A DNA stretch of 63,344 nt, the filler included, from Reticulomyxa filosa (lineage: Eukaryota > Protista > Foraminifera): assembly GCA_000512085.1 (NCBI GenBank). It is 19 parts of 19 records of this genome, joined end to end, with 100 filler letters (N's around TTAATTAATTAA, not from the genome) between each part and the next. Parts side by side here need not be neighbours in the genome. Positions count along the whole stretch, not along the records: positions 37,432 to 55,993 come from ASPP01009221.1; positions 56,094 to 57,899 come from ASPP01000999.1; positions 58,000 to 59,146 come from ASPP01045869.1; positions 59,247 to 62,033 come from ASPP01009949.1; positions 62,134 to 63,344 come from ASPP01049575.1; 14 more parts are not named here. The stretch is one strand, 5' to 3'. Under the pieces are notes generated by a model, which saw only the letters and a program-made list of their open reading frames with translations, was not told the DNA's origin and made no database searches. This document shows positions 51,372 to 63,344 of the stretch, one piece after another (position 1 is the stretch's first letter; the number at the start of each line of letters is the position of its first letter). The position numbers and the translations under genes were made by a program.

Positions 51372-51590
51372 TGCAAAATGCATTTGCGAGAAAAATTAGC
51401 TTGTCTAAATGTTAAAAATTTGATTATGAGATTTTGTACATTTTCATTAAATAAGTGTAATTTAAATAGCAACTTCCAATATTTTTGCATCATGAAGATA
51501 TTCAAACTCATTTTGCGTCATTACTAGAAGTAAAAATTGAAAGCAACTTATCTACATTTAATCTCTTTTTATTCCGGCTTTCACTTGTCC

Positions 51591-54307
51591 ATGGATGTCA
51601 AAAGTGAAGGGACAATACCTTGTACAATCGTTTTTCGAGGTCCTAGCACTAATCTTAATACTTTACAAGTCATCCCCAGCCAAAAAACTTGCAAAAATGA
51701 AAAAGTTGTCATTGGCGACAAATGTGGCAATATCACTTGTTTTAAATGTCGCAAGGACTTTGCTGGCCAATGTCAATTAGAGCACATTTTTGTCGAGACT
51801 CGACCAAACGCCATTTGTGGTGTAATTGTGAATGAAGGTTGTGTTTATGTTTCACACGGACAAGTCTTGGAAGGTTTTAAAAAGAAAGGAAAGCCAATTT
51901 ATAAATTGAAAATCGGGTTGAATGAGTGCATAACATCATTCCAATTTTCAGCAGACAACAAACTACATTGCGTTGGTGGATATGTTTATAACTGTTATGA
52001 AAACGAAAAAGATATTCATTTTTTTATGGCAAATGATTCAATTCGCAGTTTGCTATTGGTTGATTTGGGATTGAAGGGAATGTGTCCAGTGTTGGGTTGC
52101 CAAGACAAATACATACGGGTGTTGGAAGGATCACAAGTCCTTCACGACATCCCCGTTGACGGGGCAGTACTTTGTTTGTGTGAGATACCTTGCACACTGA
52201 AGGTGCAAGGAGAAACGACACAATCGAAGTTTCCAATTCAATTAATATATGGTACAGAGCAAGGAACTTTGGGGCAAGTGTGGATGACAAAAGAAAAGTT
52301 TGAAAAAGGATGGACTGTTTCAACCTCTTCTATTTCTGCTATCAACTGTTTGCGTGTTTATGATTTTTATAAAAATGAACTATCATTGCAAAATAATTCT
52401 ATTCAAATTATGGTTGGATATGATAATGGATTATTGCAAATTTGGTCTATTGATCTGCCTCAAGCCTCAAATGATCAAGTCATCAATATGTCAAACAAAC
52501 CGCATATAATTGGATCTGAAACATTACATGAAAGCATTACAGGCATTGATGTCGGATATATTAGTGGAGTTACCAACATTGACATTATTGTGGCGACTTA
52601 TTCTGGAAAAGTCATTTTATTCCATTGTGATCCTCGCCGAGATGTTACTCATTTGTTTTGCAAAATAAAAAATATGTTCATGTGACAAAAAAAAAAAAAA
52701 AGATCTGCATGCACATGTGCAAACATTTGATAATAGTTTGCTTCGTGGCAACACGAACAAGAAACCAAAGTAAACCACTTGCAGACAACTTTGAAAGAGG
52801 ACAGTTTATGCACACTGATTGAAAAAAATAACTTGTGCAAAACACAATTTGAGAATATGAAACCGAGGTTGCAACAAGAGGTCGATGACATAAAAAAAGA
52901 AATTGTCAGTAAGAAAGCCAAGTATCACGAAAAATCGAAAGAATTGATTGCGGTTGAAACACAATTTGAATTGAAACACTCTCTCAAATTACTGCCGTCC
53001 GAAGCTTGTCATGTGTTGACATTAGAAATTGGAATCCCAATTCACTTGGTTTGCGTTCAATCTTCGGTAAAAGTAATTACTTTGGATGTGGAAGCACACT
53101 TTGGAATTACCACACAGCATGACGACGCGCAAGGCAATTATTACTTGGCTTGTCAGGCAGACGAATCTTCGATAACCCGATTTTCTTGGAAATTTCGGTG
53201 CATGGAAGGCGTCCAAGGCGAGTTATTGTGCTTTGTGATGTCAAGGACTCCACCTAAAACATGTCAAAGTATCAAGTACTCCTTAAAGGCATTGTCGCTT
53301 CATTCGTCCTTTAATGAATTCACCGATCAGCTTTTCACACCAGAAAAGCCTCAAAACACCTTAAGTATTTTTGGAGATTTCAACGCTCGAAATCTTAATT
53401 ATTGGCTGCAGCAATGTCTTCCTGACGTACCAACACGATTGACAACCGATAACAGTACACCTTTAGCATGGAAATGTGCCTTAACTGGCTCATTTCTTAC
53501 CTTCCAATTTCAGTTAGCAAAAACTTGTAATATTTGCATTAGAGGAAACATTTTTGATGTACTTGTCTTCAAATATTTATTTTTGTCTCTTCATCCTTTG
53601 GATCATGCTCACAGAAACAACTGTGCACAATTCCGTAGTGATTCTGTTGCTTCAATTCGCATCTTGCAAGATTTCATAACAAAAACGTCAATCAAAGAGG
53701 GACTTGTTTTGTCCAGCGTGACAACAGGTTTTTTCTTCTTTTTTTATCTGCAATCGAACGTTGTTGTTTATTTCTCAGCAACATATCCAAAATACTTTAT
53801 TTAAAATTAAGACATCAAGAATGATTCGGTTCTTTATTTTTTGAGGATAATGGAGCCTGAGTTCGAAAAGCACAAGCGACTCTTTCATCAACATTCCCTA
53901 ATCGCTGCCCTTAAAGAGATATCTTCTCATGAAGATGATGTCTCCAGTTTGTCTCCAGAATTAAAGGAGATAACGCAAAATGAGAAGAGCATTGTTGAAC
54001 AATTTCAAGCGTCTCCAGAGCATCTGGACTTTATTCAACGTTGAGTCAAAGAATTTTTGTTTTGATCGTATTTCAATACTGATATTTTATTTTTTACTGC
54101 TCATAGAAATGATTTGGTCAACCGTTCACAGCTTTTGTGAATTGAAGCATATCTTAATGGATGTCGATTATTTAGTTAATTTTTTTGTTTAAAAAAAAAC
54201 AAAAATAAAATCTCGTTTGTTTTGAAAAGAACGAGTTCCAACAAGCAATGAATGAATTCGATCTTGAAAGAATGAAAACTATTCTCAAAACATCGCTATT
54301 AAAATAA
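51591..54307 (+). CDS. BBS7: Bardet-Biedl syndrome 7 protein (BBSome subunit), multi-exon
   Basis: KVVIGDKCG, GFKKKGK, YVYNCYENEKDIHFF, PVLGCQDKYIRVLEGS, IIVATYSGKV, EGVQGEL...PPKTCQ...LKALSLH, FRSDSVASIRIL, LIAALKEI all follow the BBS7 order. Confidence 0.88.
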
Positions 54308-55129
54308 ATTATTTCAGAATTTAGTAATGCTTACTTCAAGAAAAATGAAATTAAATTGACAAATAATTCAAAAAAAGGACTTGATTGAAGAAAAGTGGAT
54401 CAAATATCATATAGAATTGTTGAGTATTTTTATGATATTTCGTTTTTCATTTAAATAAGTACCAAGATATTCTTGTTATTTGTGTGGCGTGACAGTCACT
54501 TCTAAATTTGTGATAAAAATTTCATTTTTTCTTGCACAGTCCAAATTGTGGAATGCTCCATGCTAGAAACTATCGGACTGTGTTTAGTCTTTTAACAACA
54601 GAATAAAGAGAGTATAATTTTAACAAGCTATCTTCGACAATGATAATTTTTATCAAATCAATTATTCATTTTTTAGCAAGTACTAAAAAATCTAAACACA
54701 AAGCAAAATCATAAAAAATTAAAAAAAGAAATCAATATCTTTGTGCAAACAATTGCACCTCGACACGAAGGGAGGATTGACCAAATGGAGAGTACTGTTT
54801 GTTTCTAAGATCAAGATCCACCCATTCAAAACAAAAGGATAAAAAAATTATTAAAACTAAAGTTAAACACAAAGTATTATGCACCCCCCTTTTTTTTTTC
54901 ATCATTGTTCAAAATAAGCATATTTACTCAAGGAGGAAGCGAATAAATAATTTTTTTTAAAAAAAACAAAGAAAAAAAATAACGAAAAAAAAAGAATAAA
55001 AATAAGAATTGAATGGGCACTAGTGTATTTGTTAATTGACGAATAAACACAATGAATTTTGTTTTTTTCTCATCCCCCCCCCCTTGTTTTCTGTTTAATT
55101 AATTTTGTAAGCAGAGCACACAGTGGCAT

Positions 55130-55993
55130 TTAGCTGGATCCAGTGCCACCATAATTTGCATCAAAATTCCATTTAACAGACAGGTCATTGCTGACATTAG
55201 GAATATGATACATTTCCAGCAAAATATTCATGCGTTGCTGTTCATCCAATTGTTCCCAATTTAGATTTTCTTCATTGTTTTTGTCAAGGTTGTTTTGTAA
55301 AGTGTTGGAATGACTGAGTTTCTGATCGTGTTGTAGATTGGATGTATCCCATCCCTTTGTTCGTACCTCTCGAACGTTATCTTTGGCATCATTAACATTT
55401 TGTGCTTCTTTTTCGTCGCTGTTTCGATATACGTTGCCATGTTCACTTGTATCATTGGAAATGGTAATGGAATAAGTGGAGGAATGTCCTTGGGATACTG
55501 GCTCGGCATCTTTCTTTCGAAGCATTCTCTCTCGAGTTTTTGCTTGATTACCGAATTTGTATTTCAACTTTGGGAGTGTGTGTTTGGTGTCCACGACATC
55601 ATGGTTGTCGACAGGAAAGGCAGTGACCACCAGCTCCCCCACTGGCGCTTGTTCGCTTCCGTCTCGGTCGATTTCTTTGCTCATCTCGTGGACGTGTGTA
55701 AACGTGGCAAATTCAAAGTGCGATTGACTGACACTATTACTTGTGGACGCATGATGTTTTTGGCTAGGGTCATTGTATTGATTCTTGTTTTCCCATTGTA
55801 ACCATTCATTTTCCGGACCACTGCCATAGCTGGTCGTATGACTATTTGATATTTGTGATTCTTCTTTTTTTTCTTCATCTTCGTCTTCATTGTCATTCCC
55901 TTCCTCATCATCATTACTACCACTATCATCATTATCATTATCATTTCCTTCTTCTTGTCCATCGTCATTGCCATTGTCATTATCATTATCATT
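55130..55993 (-). CDS. Hypothetical acidic low-complexity protein, 3' fragment
   Basis: Asp/Asn/Glu-rich coding-like sequence running off the contig. ORF 55130-55684 plus an upstream frameshifted part. Confidence 0.4.
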   Translation of the reverse strand, partial: NDNDNDNGNDDGQEEGNDNDNDDSGSNDDEEGNDNEDEDEEKKEESQISNSHTTSYGSGPENEWLQWENKNQYNDPSQKHHASTSNSVSQSHFEFATFTHVHEMSKEIDRDGSEQAPVGELVVTAFPVDNHDVVDTKHTLPKLKYKFGNQAKTRERMLRKKDAEPVSQGHSSTYSITISNDTSEHGNVYRNSDEKEAQNVNDAKDNVREVRTKGWDTSNLQHDQKLSHSNTLQNNLDKNNEENLNWEQLDEQQRMNILLEMYHIPNVSNDLSVKWNFDANYGGTGSS

Positions 55994-58141
55994 NNNNNNN
56001 NNNNNNNNNNNNNNNNNNNNNNNNNNNNNNNNNNNNNTTAATTAATTAANNNNNNNNNNNNNNNNNNNNNNNNNNNNNNNNNNNNNNNNNNNNTTTTTTT
56101 TTATTTAAATTTTTTTTTTTTAACATTTAAATAAGTTTTAAATTCACATATTATATAATATGTGTGATTCATACTTATTCAGAAATATAATCAAATCATT
56201 TAAAAACATTTTATTACAATTTCAAATACTAATGGAACGATGAAACCCCCATGGGACTCACTTTTTGTTTTCCTTTTATTTGAAGTTACTTTTTAGAACT
56301 AAGTTCCTTTCGTATTACAGTTAGTCGTCTCAATATTCCTATAATAATGTAAATAAAACTTTAAATCAATTATTTTGTCGATTCATGTTACATAAATTAT
56401 TATTATTAATATAAAATATATATAATCACAAATTTAATTATACACAATTTTTGACAAAAGGAAAGATTGAAATAAATATCTATTTAATCTTGATAATTTT
56501 TCACATATTAGATTTATTATAAATACAATTTCAAAACTTGGACATTAATTTTTTAACACATATTTTAGACTGTTCTCGTTTATAATACTATTTAGTAAAT
56601 GAAAAAGATAAGAGTTAAATAAATGATAAACAAATAGAATAATAATAATTTCTTGTCTCATGATGTTTTTTATTAATTTCAGAATGGATGATACTTTGAT
56701 TTCCTCAAAAAATTGAAAAAATTTGTTAGATTTTTGTTTTGATATATTTGCGATTATTTTATACGTATCGATGGAATCTAATAATTGTTAATTTTCAACA
56801 AAGTTATCTATATGATATACTATTTTTCTTTTTGATAACCTTTAGTATAGCCATTAATAATAAATAATATATAAATCAATTTTTATTTTATGATATATAT
56901 AAATAGATAAATGACATAGATCATCGTTATTTTGTACATAACGTTTTAAAACTTCAAGAAAGGAGTAATTATCATAAAAAGAGGCATTAATATTTATCTG
57001 AAAATTTTGTATCTTCTGTTTATTTATATCAAAAGTTTAATTTCAGTAGAAATTTTCACATAATTGTTGTACTCACCTCTAAGCATAATAAATTATTCCG
57101 TAGTATGTTCAAATTTTTAAAATAATATGATTTAGCTTATTTAATCTTTTTTATCAAAGTTTTTTCATTGTTAATAAATTTGTAATAAATATCATAACAA
57201 AATTACTTGAAATTGATTTTTAATTTAAAAACAAACATTTTATAAAAAAGTGTCATCTTATATATACATATATATATATTTATATTTATATTTAAAAATT
57301 TGTTTTATTGTATTTTATGTGGAAAAAAACTGTTGCTGTTATTCAAGAGAAATTGATTATAAATATTTATTTTATTTTATTTTTTAAATTGAATAATAAT
57401 TAAATATATATAATATTTTCGTTTTATATTCATCATACTTTTTTTTTTTTAAAAAAAAATTGTTTTTTGTTTAATATAAATAATTATAATATTAAATTAT
57501 TTCTAGTTGGATAAAAATGTATTTAACAATTTCAATTTACATAGTTTCGTCATAACAAACGAGACAATCATGCAAATTCACAATAGTTTTATTGAAATAT
57601 ATGTTTTAATGAATTCATTTGGCTTCTTTTCAAAAAAAAAAAAAAAAAAGAAATACATATCAACATAAAAATCATCTAATACAAAACTGCTGTAACTACA
57701 GTATGTTGAAAAGAAAACTGAACGCATAAAACGATATCTTATGATGATAGTTGATTTTCTCCATGAAAAATCAACATAATTTTTTTAAAAAAATATTTAC
57801 AAATCTTGTAGTTTTTTAATAACTTTTTTTTTATTATTTGATGAAATCATCATTCTTTCAAATTTTTTTGTTTAAAGTGCAAATGATATGCATTCTCGCN
57901 NNNNNNNNNNNNNNNNNNNNNNNNNNNNNNNNNNNNNNNNNNNTTAATTAATTAANNNNNNNNNNNNNNNNNNNNNNNNNNNNNNNNNNNNNNNNNNNNA
58001 AAAAAAAAAAACAACACCAACACGATCAAACAACAAAAACACACACATACATATGATAACACCAAAAAAAAAAAACAAACAAAAAACGATTGACATCTCC
58101 TATCTTTTCTGGAGTAAGAGGAGAAAGGAAAAAAAAAAGTA

Positions 58142-59035
58142 TCAGACTAAGTCTTCACAGTATCGAATACACTCTCTGGATAATTGAAAGCGATAGAATG
58201 AGTCTCCTCGCAATAGACGAATGACATCTTTGGTAGCAGCGTCAAAGACAAAGAGCAAAGACGGCAATGTGTCTTCGACACTGACTTGGTCACGATTGGT
58301 CGCAAGTTGATGCATTTGCATGGCAATGACGGAGCTGGACTCGTGCGACAGATTCAACAGCGCGATTGCGTTGGGCAGCACATAATGCGTGGATAAGTAC
58401 TCAAACATATCCAAACAAATGTTCCAAGCAGTGTTTGCAGACATATCAGTACGAAGCAATTGCGGATGAAAGGTTTTTTGGATCAAACTACCATAGATGG
58501 GTACGTGATAGCCAAGGTCTTGTATTCGTAGGTGCAACTGATGGATAGATAAAAAGTACTTTAATTGCATATATTCCACCAAAAACAGCACATTTTCTAA
58601 AGACAATTCCTTCACCAAATGCGAAGCAAATAATTCAAACCCATCTTTTTCCGACAAGATTTTTTCCAAAGTGATTTGGTAACTCAACTCGATTGCCCGA
58701 CGACTGCTACTGTACTCTCGTACTTTGCTGGTCACTGCCATCATCATCATTTCGGGATTCACCTTGCTGTTCTTGTACATTTCAATGGCCTCATACTCGA
58801 CTTGGTAGTTGTTACGTACACGCAGACAGTTCCACTTGCAACACGTGCTCTCTTGCAACGAATAATACAAGTCCTTTGGTCGCAACATGATCAGTGCATC
58901 CGTTGCGTGCAACAACGCCGCAAACGTCAGCAACGACAATTGTCGCTCGTATGTAGCTTCGTCAAACATACTCAATGTCACTACCAATGGAATCGCCCAA
59001 AACAATACATTATATAATATTGCCTTCAACTCTTC
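58142..59035 (-). CDS. TM-RGS protein, 3' exon (second paralogue)
   Basis: Two TM helices, then LEKILSEKDGFELFASHLVKELSLENVLFLVE...YVLPNAIALLNLS...VFD...LLRGDSFYRF. Confidence 0.8.
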   Translation of the reverse strand, partial: EELKAILYNVLFWAIPLVVTLSMFDEATYERQLSLLTFAALLHATDALIMLRPKDLYYSLQESTCCKWNCLRVRNNYQVEYEAIEMYKNSKVNPEMMMMAVTSKVREYSSSRRAIELSYQITLEKILSEKDGFELFASHLVKELSLENVLFLVEYMQLKYFLSIHQLHLRIQDLGYHVPIYGSLIQKTFHPQLLRTDMSANTAWNICLDMFEYLSTHYVLPNAIALLNLSHESSSVIAMQMHQLATNRDQVSVEDTLPSLLFVFDAATKDVIRLLRGDSFYRFQLSRECIRYCEDLV

Positions 59036-59111
59036 TGCGTATTATTTATTTATTATTTATAAACATATAAATATATATATATATATGTATATGTTTATAC
59101 GTTTATATATA

Positions 59112-59146
<35 letters not shown>

Positions 59147-61367
59147 NNNNNNNNNNNNNNNNNNNNNNNNNNNNNNNNNNNNNNNNNNNNTTAATTAATT
59201 AANNNNNNNNNNNNNNNNNNNNNNNNNNNNNNNNNNNNNNNNNNNNAGCTAATTTTTAAAAATAAAAATAATAACACTCTAATCTCAAAAGATATTTTTC
59301 ACTATCATAAAGCGTACACTTTTCTCGTTAAGCCTTTTTGTGAAAAACAAACAATATCTTTGACGTTTAAATTCATCTCTAACTTTTATGTTAAATTATC
59401 TTGGCCAAATTAACAACAAACTTGCTATCAGAATAGTGATATTTTTTTAGTAAGAAAGAAATTTACCTTTTTTTAGGGTTGAAAAAATATTGCTATTACA
59501 CACTTTGTTTGTACACTATTCATCAACGCAATCTTAAAATAGACGTACGCAACTACCCTTGTAAATAATTTGCAGATGCAGACTAGAGAAATAACTGTAG
59601 ACAAAATGTTGTTTGGAGTAAATTGTAATAAGACAAAATGATCAAATAAAAGATTTATTAACTCAAACAAGCTAAAAAAAATTGAAAAAAGGCTTCTAGA
59701 GTTCACTTGGAACCTTGCCTTCAATAGCATAAAACGAAAGATTATATCTAATATGCCATTGCTGCGCTTTCTGGATTGCAGTAAATGCTATTATATAACT
59801 AATTTTTTCATAAGCAACACTGAAAAAACGAACAATCAGCAGATTAATTGTTTTCTTTTTTTTACGTATATCAAAATTATAATGAAAAGTTTTTAATCAT
59901 CATATGCATAGTGTATGTATTGCAAAGACAATGCTATTGATTGAGGTAGCTCGATTATGAGAGTTTAATATCAGGCGTATTGCATTAATATCGGAGCATG
60001 GCTACAAACTAAATGTTACTTAAGTTATTCATATTATTGACTAAATGCTTATGTTTGTTATAATCCGATGTTCCAATGTAGTTAAAATTGTATATTTACA
60101 AAATACTGTGCTGCAAGTGATGTTATAACATTAAAGACGATGTATTGTAATTATCGCAAAAAATATACCAAAAAATAGAATTTTGCTTTTGCATTTTTGG
60201 AAATGCTCACTTAGTTTGAGTTTAGATAGAAAGACAAAAAAGGTAGCAAAACGTATTCAAAGAGAGCATTTACTTAAATGATTAAACCGATGTAAATCTT
60301 ATTTAAAATAATGGCACAACCTTAAGCGACTTGAAAGGTAAATCAACTTTTTGAACGGAACCAAAAAAGAGAATTTGTACAACATTTTCCAGTATGTCAA
60401 CCAATTTTTCTATTTGGGATTTTTCCAAACGTTACGCAAAAATTTCATTTCTGTGAAGGAGCACCTGCCCGAAAATAGCCTGTACAGGCCCCTTCTAGCC
60501 GTAGCTTGAGTTGGGGACACCCGCACTATGTCACAAAAAAGAAATTGTTGAATTCGTCAACAAAGAATACAATTGTCTTTATTCACCTTTGTGTGTGCAA
60601 GAGCGGTGTGAATTTATTTTCTAACTGGTTTGATTGGTCTATATCTGGACTACTGTTGCGCTGTGTTGGCAGCTCTTTAATGAATATTATGTCACTTGTG
60701 TTAGCACCACTATCTTCTTTGTGGTACAATTGTGCTTGTACAGTAATACTTTCATTTAGTTTCCTTGAGCGTGCATTAATCAAATGTGACGATAGTATGC
60801 CAACGTTGTACTGCATACTCAATCTTGTGTCTAATTTAACGACACAATATGAAATGTCTTAATGTTCGATTTTAAAGTACATATCTAAAAATCGCACAAA
60901 ATAGTTAAACTTTTTGTATGGACACTATCCTGTGGTATCTTTTCTGTGATAATGATATCTGGTTCTTGTTCTCTCCCCCAGTCACAGCCCATTTATTATA
61001 GATATTGCTTGTCCAGAATATAATTTCAGCCTTAATATTTGGCGTCAATTCAACTCATCACAAGCAATGATACCAATACTTCATCATCTCTAATTACGAT
61101 TAAAAGTGTTTTTTATGCAATAAAAATTAAAGATATTATTTTTTCATTAAAACACACGCACAAATTAAGTGACATAAAGTTATATTACCTTTAATCAATC
61201 ACGAGTGCCCAACAATTTTTTTACTGTTCTTATATTGCATTACTTCCATTTTTTTTTCAAAACCCTACTATCATATCGTGTTTTTTTTGTTTTAGTAGAG
61301 TCTTTACTTTTTTTTGTTGTAATTTTAATTTTTCCCCTCCCGTGCCGCTCTTTGCATTTTTACTGAA

Positions 61368-61904
61368 ATGGATACTTATCTAGAACTTCAACAATTGAGA
61401 CAATCGTTAGAAATTTTTTCAACTTCAAAGAATACAAGACATTTTTGGGCAAATTCATGCCTTCGTTATCTGAATAATTTCAGTCATTTGCCACCAAAAA
61501 ACCGGCCACATATTCCGACAGTGGGAACAGCGTTTATTTTATGCAAGAAAATGGGGAAGGAAGTGACAAAGAAGAATGTATTTGCAGCGTTGGAAAAGAT
61601 GAATATAGTAGGTGGCGACATAAGACTGAAGCTAATGTTTTCAAACGTGAAGAACGCGCTATCGTTTGTGTTGGTGAATGAATCCACCCAAGAAATGTGG
61701 TTCAATCCAATTCATGAAAGATCGGCTGTGACAGAAGTGTTGCTAGAATGGTGTTTATATTACGACAAGCAACTGCATCAGTTGTTTGCGAATGAGATTC
61801 AAGAATTCAAGAAGCCAGAGTTATCAACAGACGTGATGGAAGCAGTTTCAAAGATGGAGCATTTGCGAGACCAAAAAAATTCAAATGTTTTGTGGTGTCA
61901 ATAA
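61368..61904 (+). CDS. Hypothetical protein (178 aa, intronless)
   Basis: ATG-started ORF with balanced composition in AT-rich flanks. No recognised domain. Confidence 0.45.
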   Translation: MDTYLELQQLRQSLEIFSTSKNTRHFWANSCLRYLNNFSHLPPKNRPHIPTVGTAFILCKKMGKEVTKKNVFAALEKMNIVGGDIRLKLMFSNVKNALSFVLVNESTQEMWFNPIHERSAVTEVLLEWCLYYDKQLHQLFANEIQEFKKPELSTDVMEAVSKMEHLRDQKNSNVLWCQ

Positions 61905-61990
61905 AATAAATCGACTGCACTTTTTGCACATATACATATAAATAAATATTTTGTAATTGTTCTGAGTCTGATGTTTTCATCTTTTATCGG

Positions 61991-62030
<40 letters not shown>

Positions 62031-62133
62031 CAANNNNNNNNNNNNNNNNNNNNNNNNNNNNNNNNNNNNNNNNNNNNTTAATTAATTAANNNNNNNNNNN
62101 NNNNNNNNNNNNNNNNNNNNNNNNNNNNNNNNN

Positions 62134-62960
62134 TCATAATTCTCAATGTGTGCTACACAAACACAAACTTCTCATTTATGGAGGTTATGAACAAAGGGCT
62201 TGTTATTCTTATCATACACTCAAAAACAAATACAAGTTTATTTTTGAGTATCCAAATGATGTCGAATTATAGGCATATTGTGTAGTGAAATTGGTAGATA
62301 ACAACAAAGACAGTAATCAAATCACTTTGTTGTCTTTTGGTGGACCTAAATTTAGAAATAGACATACATTGATGAAATATGTAAGCGTTTGAAGTAAAAT
62401 ATCAAACAAATTAAAGAATTGAACAATTACAATAAATGGACTCCTTTCACAGATAATCACAATAATACAATTATCATTGGAAGAAATGATAATGACTATG
62501 AAGTAGTGCGTGCAGTAATTGGTGGAAGCAATAATCATTTGTTGTTTATCACATTTCAATTTAATAATATAATCGCACTTGTTCAAAATCAGTGTATAAG
62601 TACTCAATTCAAGAAAACAAATGGATGTTATTTGAAAACACCTTACCCAGTCCATTGTTTGATTGTGTTGCAATATTGAGTGAAGAAGATAATTATATAC
62701 ACATTATTGGAGGAAGAGCTGATATAAATACAATATTGTCAACTCACACGAAGACGAAATTGAGTATATGAGACGTTTCACAGTTGGTAATGATTTATTT
62801 ATTTATCTTGATAAAACAAAATAATTTTGATTGATTTAAATAATGAATATTTAAAAGAAATAAAGTTTATTATTGGATATTGGATTCGAACTTTACAAAT
62901 AAAATCTGGATGGATCGATGATTTTAATAAAATTATTATGAAATACAATAGAATGAAATA
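62134..62960 (+). pseudogene. Decayed Kelch-like beta-propeller family copy
   Basis: GGYEQRACYSYHTLKNKYKFI.EYP.DVEL*..CVVKLVD...ITLLSFGG...WTPFTDNHNN.IIIGR...VRAVIGGSNNHLLFIT...IIGG...YWIRTLQIKSGWIDDF, with several stops and frameshifts. Recalled as a highly expanded Reticulomyxa family. Confidence 0.7.
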
Positions 62961-63284
62961 AATTTACACGCTATCTTTAAATTTGATTTTGATTTTTATT
63001 TCATAATCATGGAATTTACTAATTTTTCTTAAGTATTTTCAAAATATATAAAAAGGTTGAAATCGAAATAAATAACAAATTATTCAATAAAAAGAACTGA
63101 TCCAAAATTTCTCATTCATGAATAAATTTAAAATGATAATAACAATAATATATTTAAATTTTATACAACAAAATTCTGCAACACTCAAATTTTTCATTTT
63201 CTTTTTCCAAAGTGTGTAAAAGCTCTTGAAGTTCATCGAAATTATATACATCCGGCATTCCTTCCAATTTTGTCCCAAAGCACT

Positions 63285-63344
63285 TTCTAGTGCATTATCT
63301 CATGATCCAGAACATATCACATTCGAATTACCACTAATATTCTT
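63285..63344 (-). pseudogene. WD40-repeat pseudogene fragment
   Basis: GNSNVICSGS*DN resembles the WD40 ICSGSWDNT motif with a Trp-to-stop change. Very short. Confidence 0.4.

Noticed and set aside
56094-57899. Extremely AT-rich contig as organellar or centromeric DNA
   Set aside because: No genes, RNAs or tandem units were seen; consistent with ordinary intergenic DNA.
4032-62133. Regularly recurring TTAATTAATTAA palindrome as a biological repeat or CRISPR-like array
   Set aside because: Always embedded in exactly N44 on both sides; it is an artificial contig linker.

Overview
This window is not one locus. It is 19 separate contigs joined by 18 identical artificial 100-bp spacers (N44-TTAATTAATTAA-N44). 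Seventeen contigs are AT-rich eukaryotic DNA, rich in introns and microsatellites. Their character points to the foraminifer Reticulomyxa filosa or a close relative (inferred from recalled family motifs, not searched): poly-Asn tracts, decayed Kelch-like and WD40 copies, and 7TM-RGS genes. Recognisable eukaryotic genes are MAD1, TatD, a FYVE-C2-TM protein, two CARMIL-like PH-LRR paralogues (one with a RhoGAP domain), a PH protein, a CDPK, a histidine phosphatase, a Cys-rich multipass membrane protein, a kinesin, a TM RING-H2 ligase, a DEP-PH-VPS9 protein, two TM-RGS proteins and BBS7. Mobile DNA comprises two copies of a ~228-bp TG...CA element (probable solo LTR, one with a 4-bp TSD) and a decayed non-LTR retrotransposon. 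Two contigs (9540-10659, 27138-29278) look bacterial and are probably co-sequenced contaminants. Several genes carry single-base homopolymer frameshifts typical of pyrosequencing error. The most unusual pattern is a set of introns with U-rich 5' ends and A-rich or poly(A) 3' acceptors instead of a polypyrimidine tract. All exon and intron structures were predicted by eye from protein continuity.
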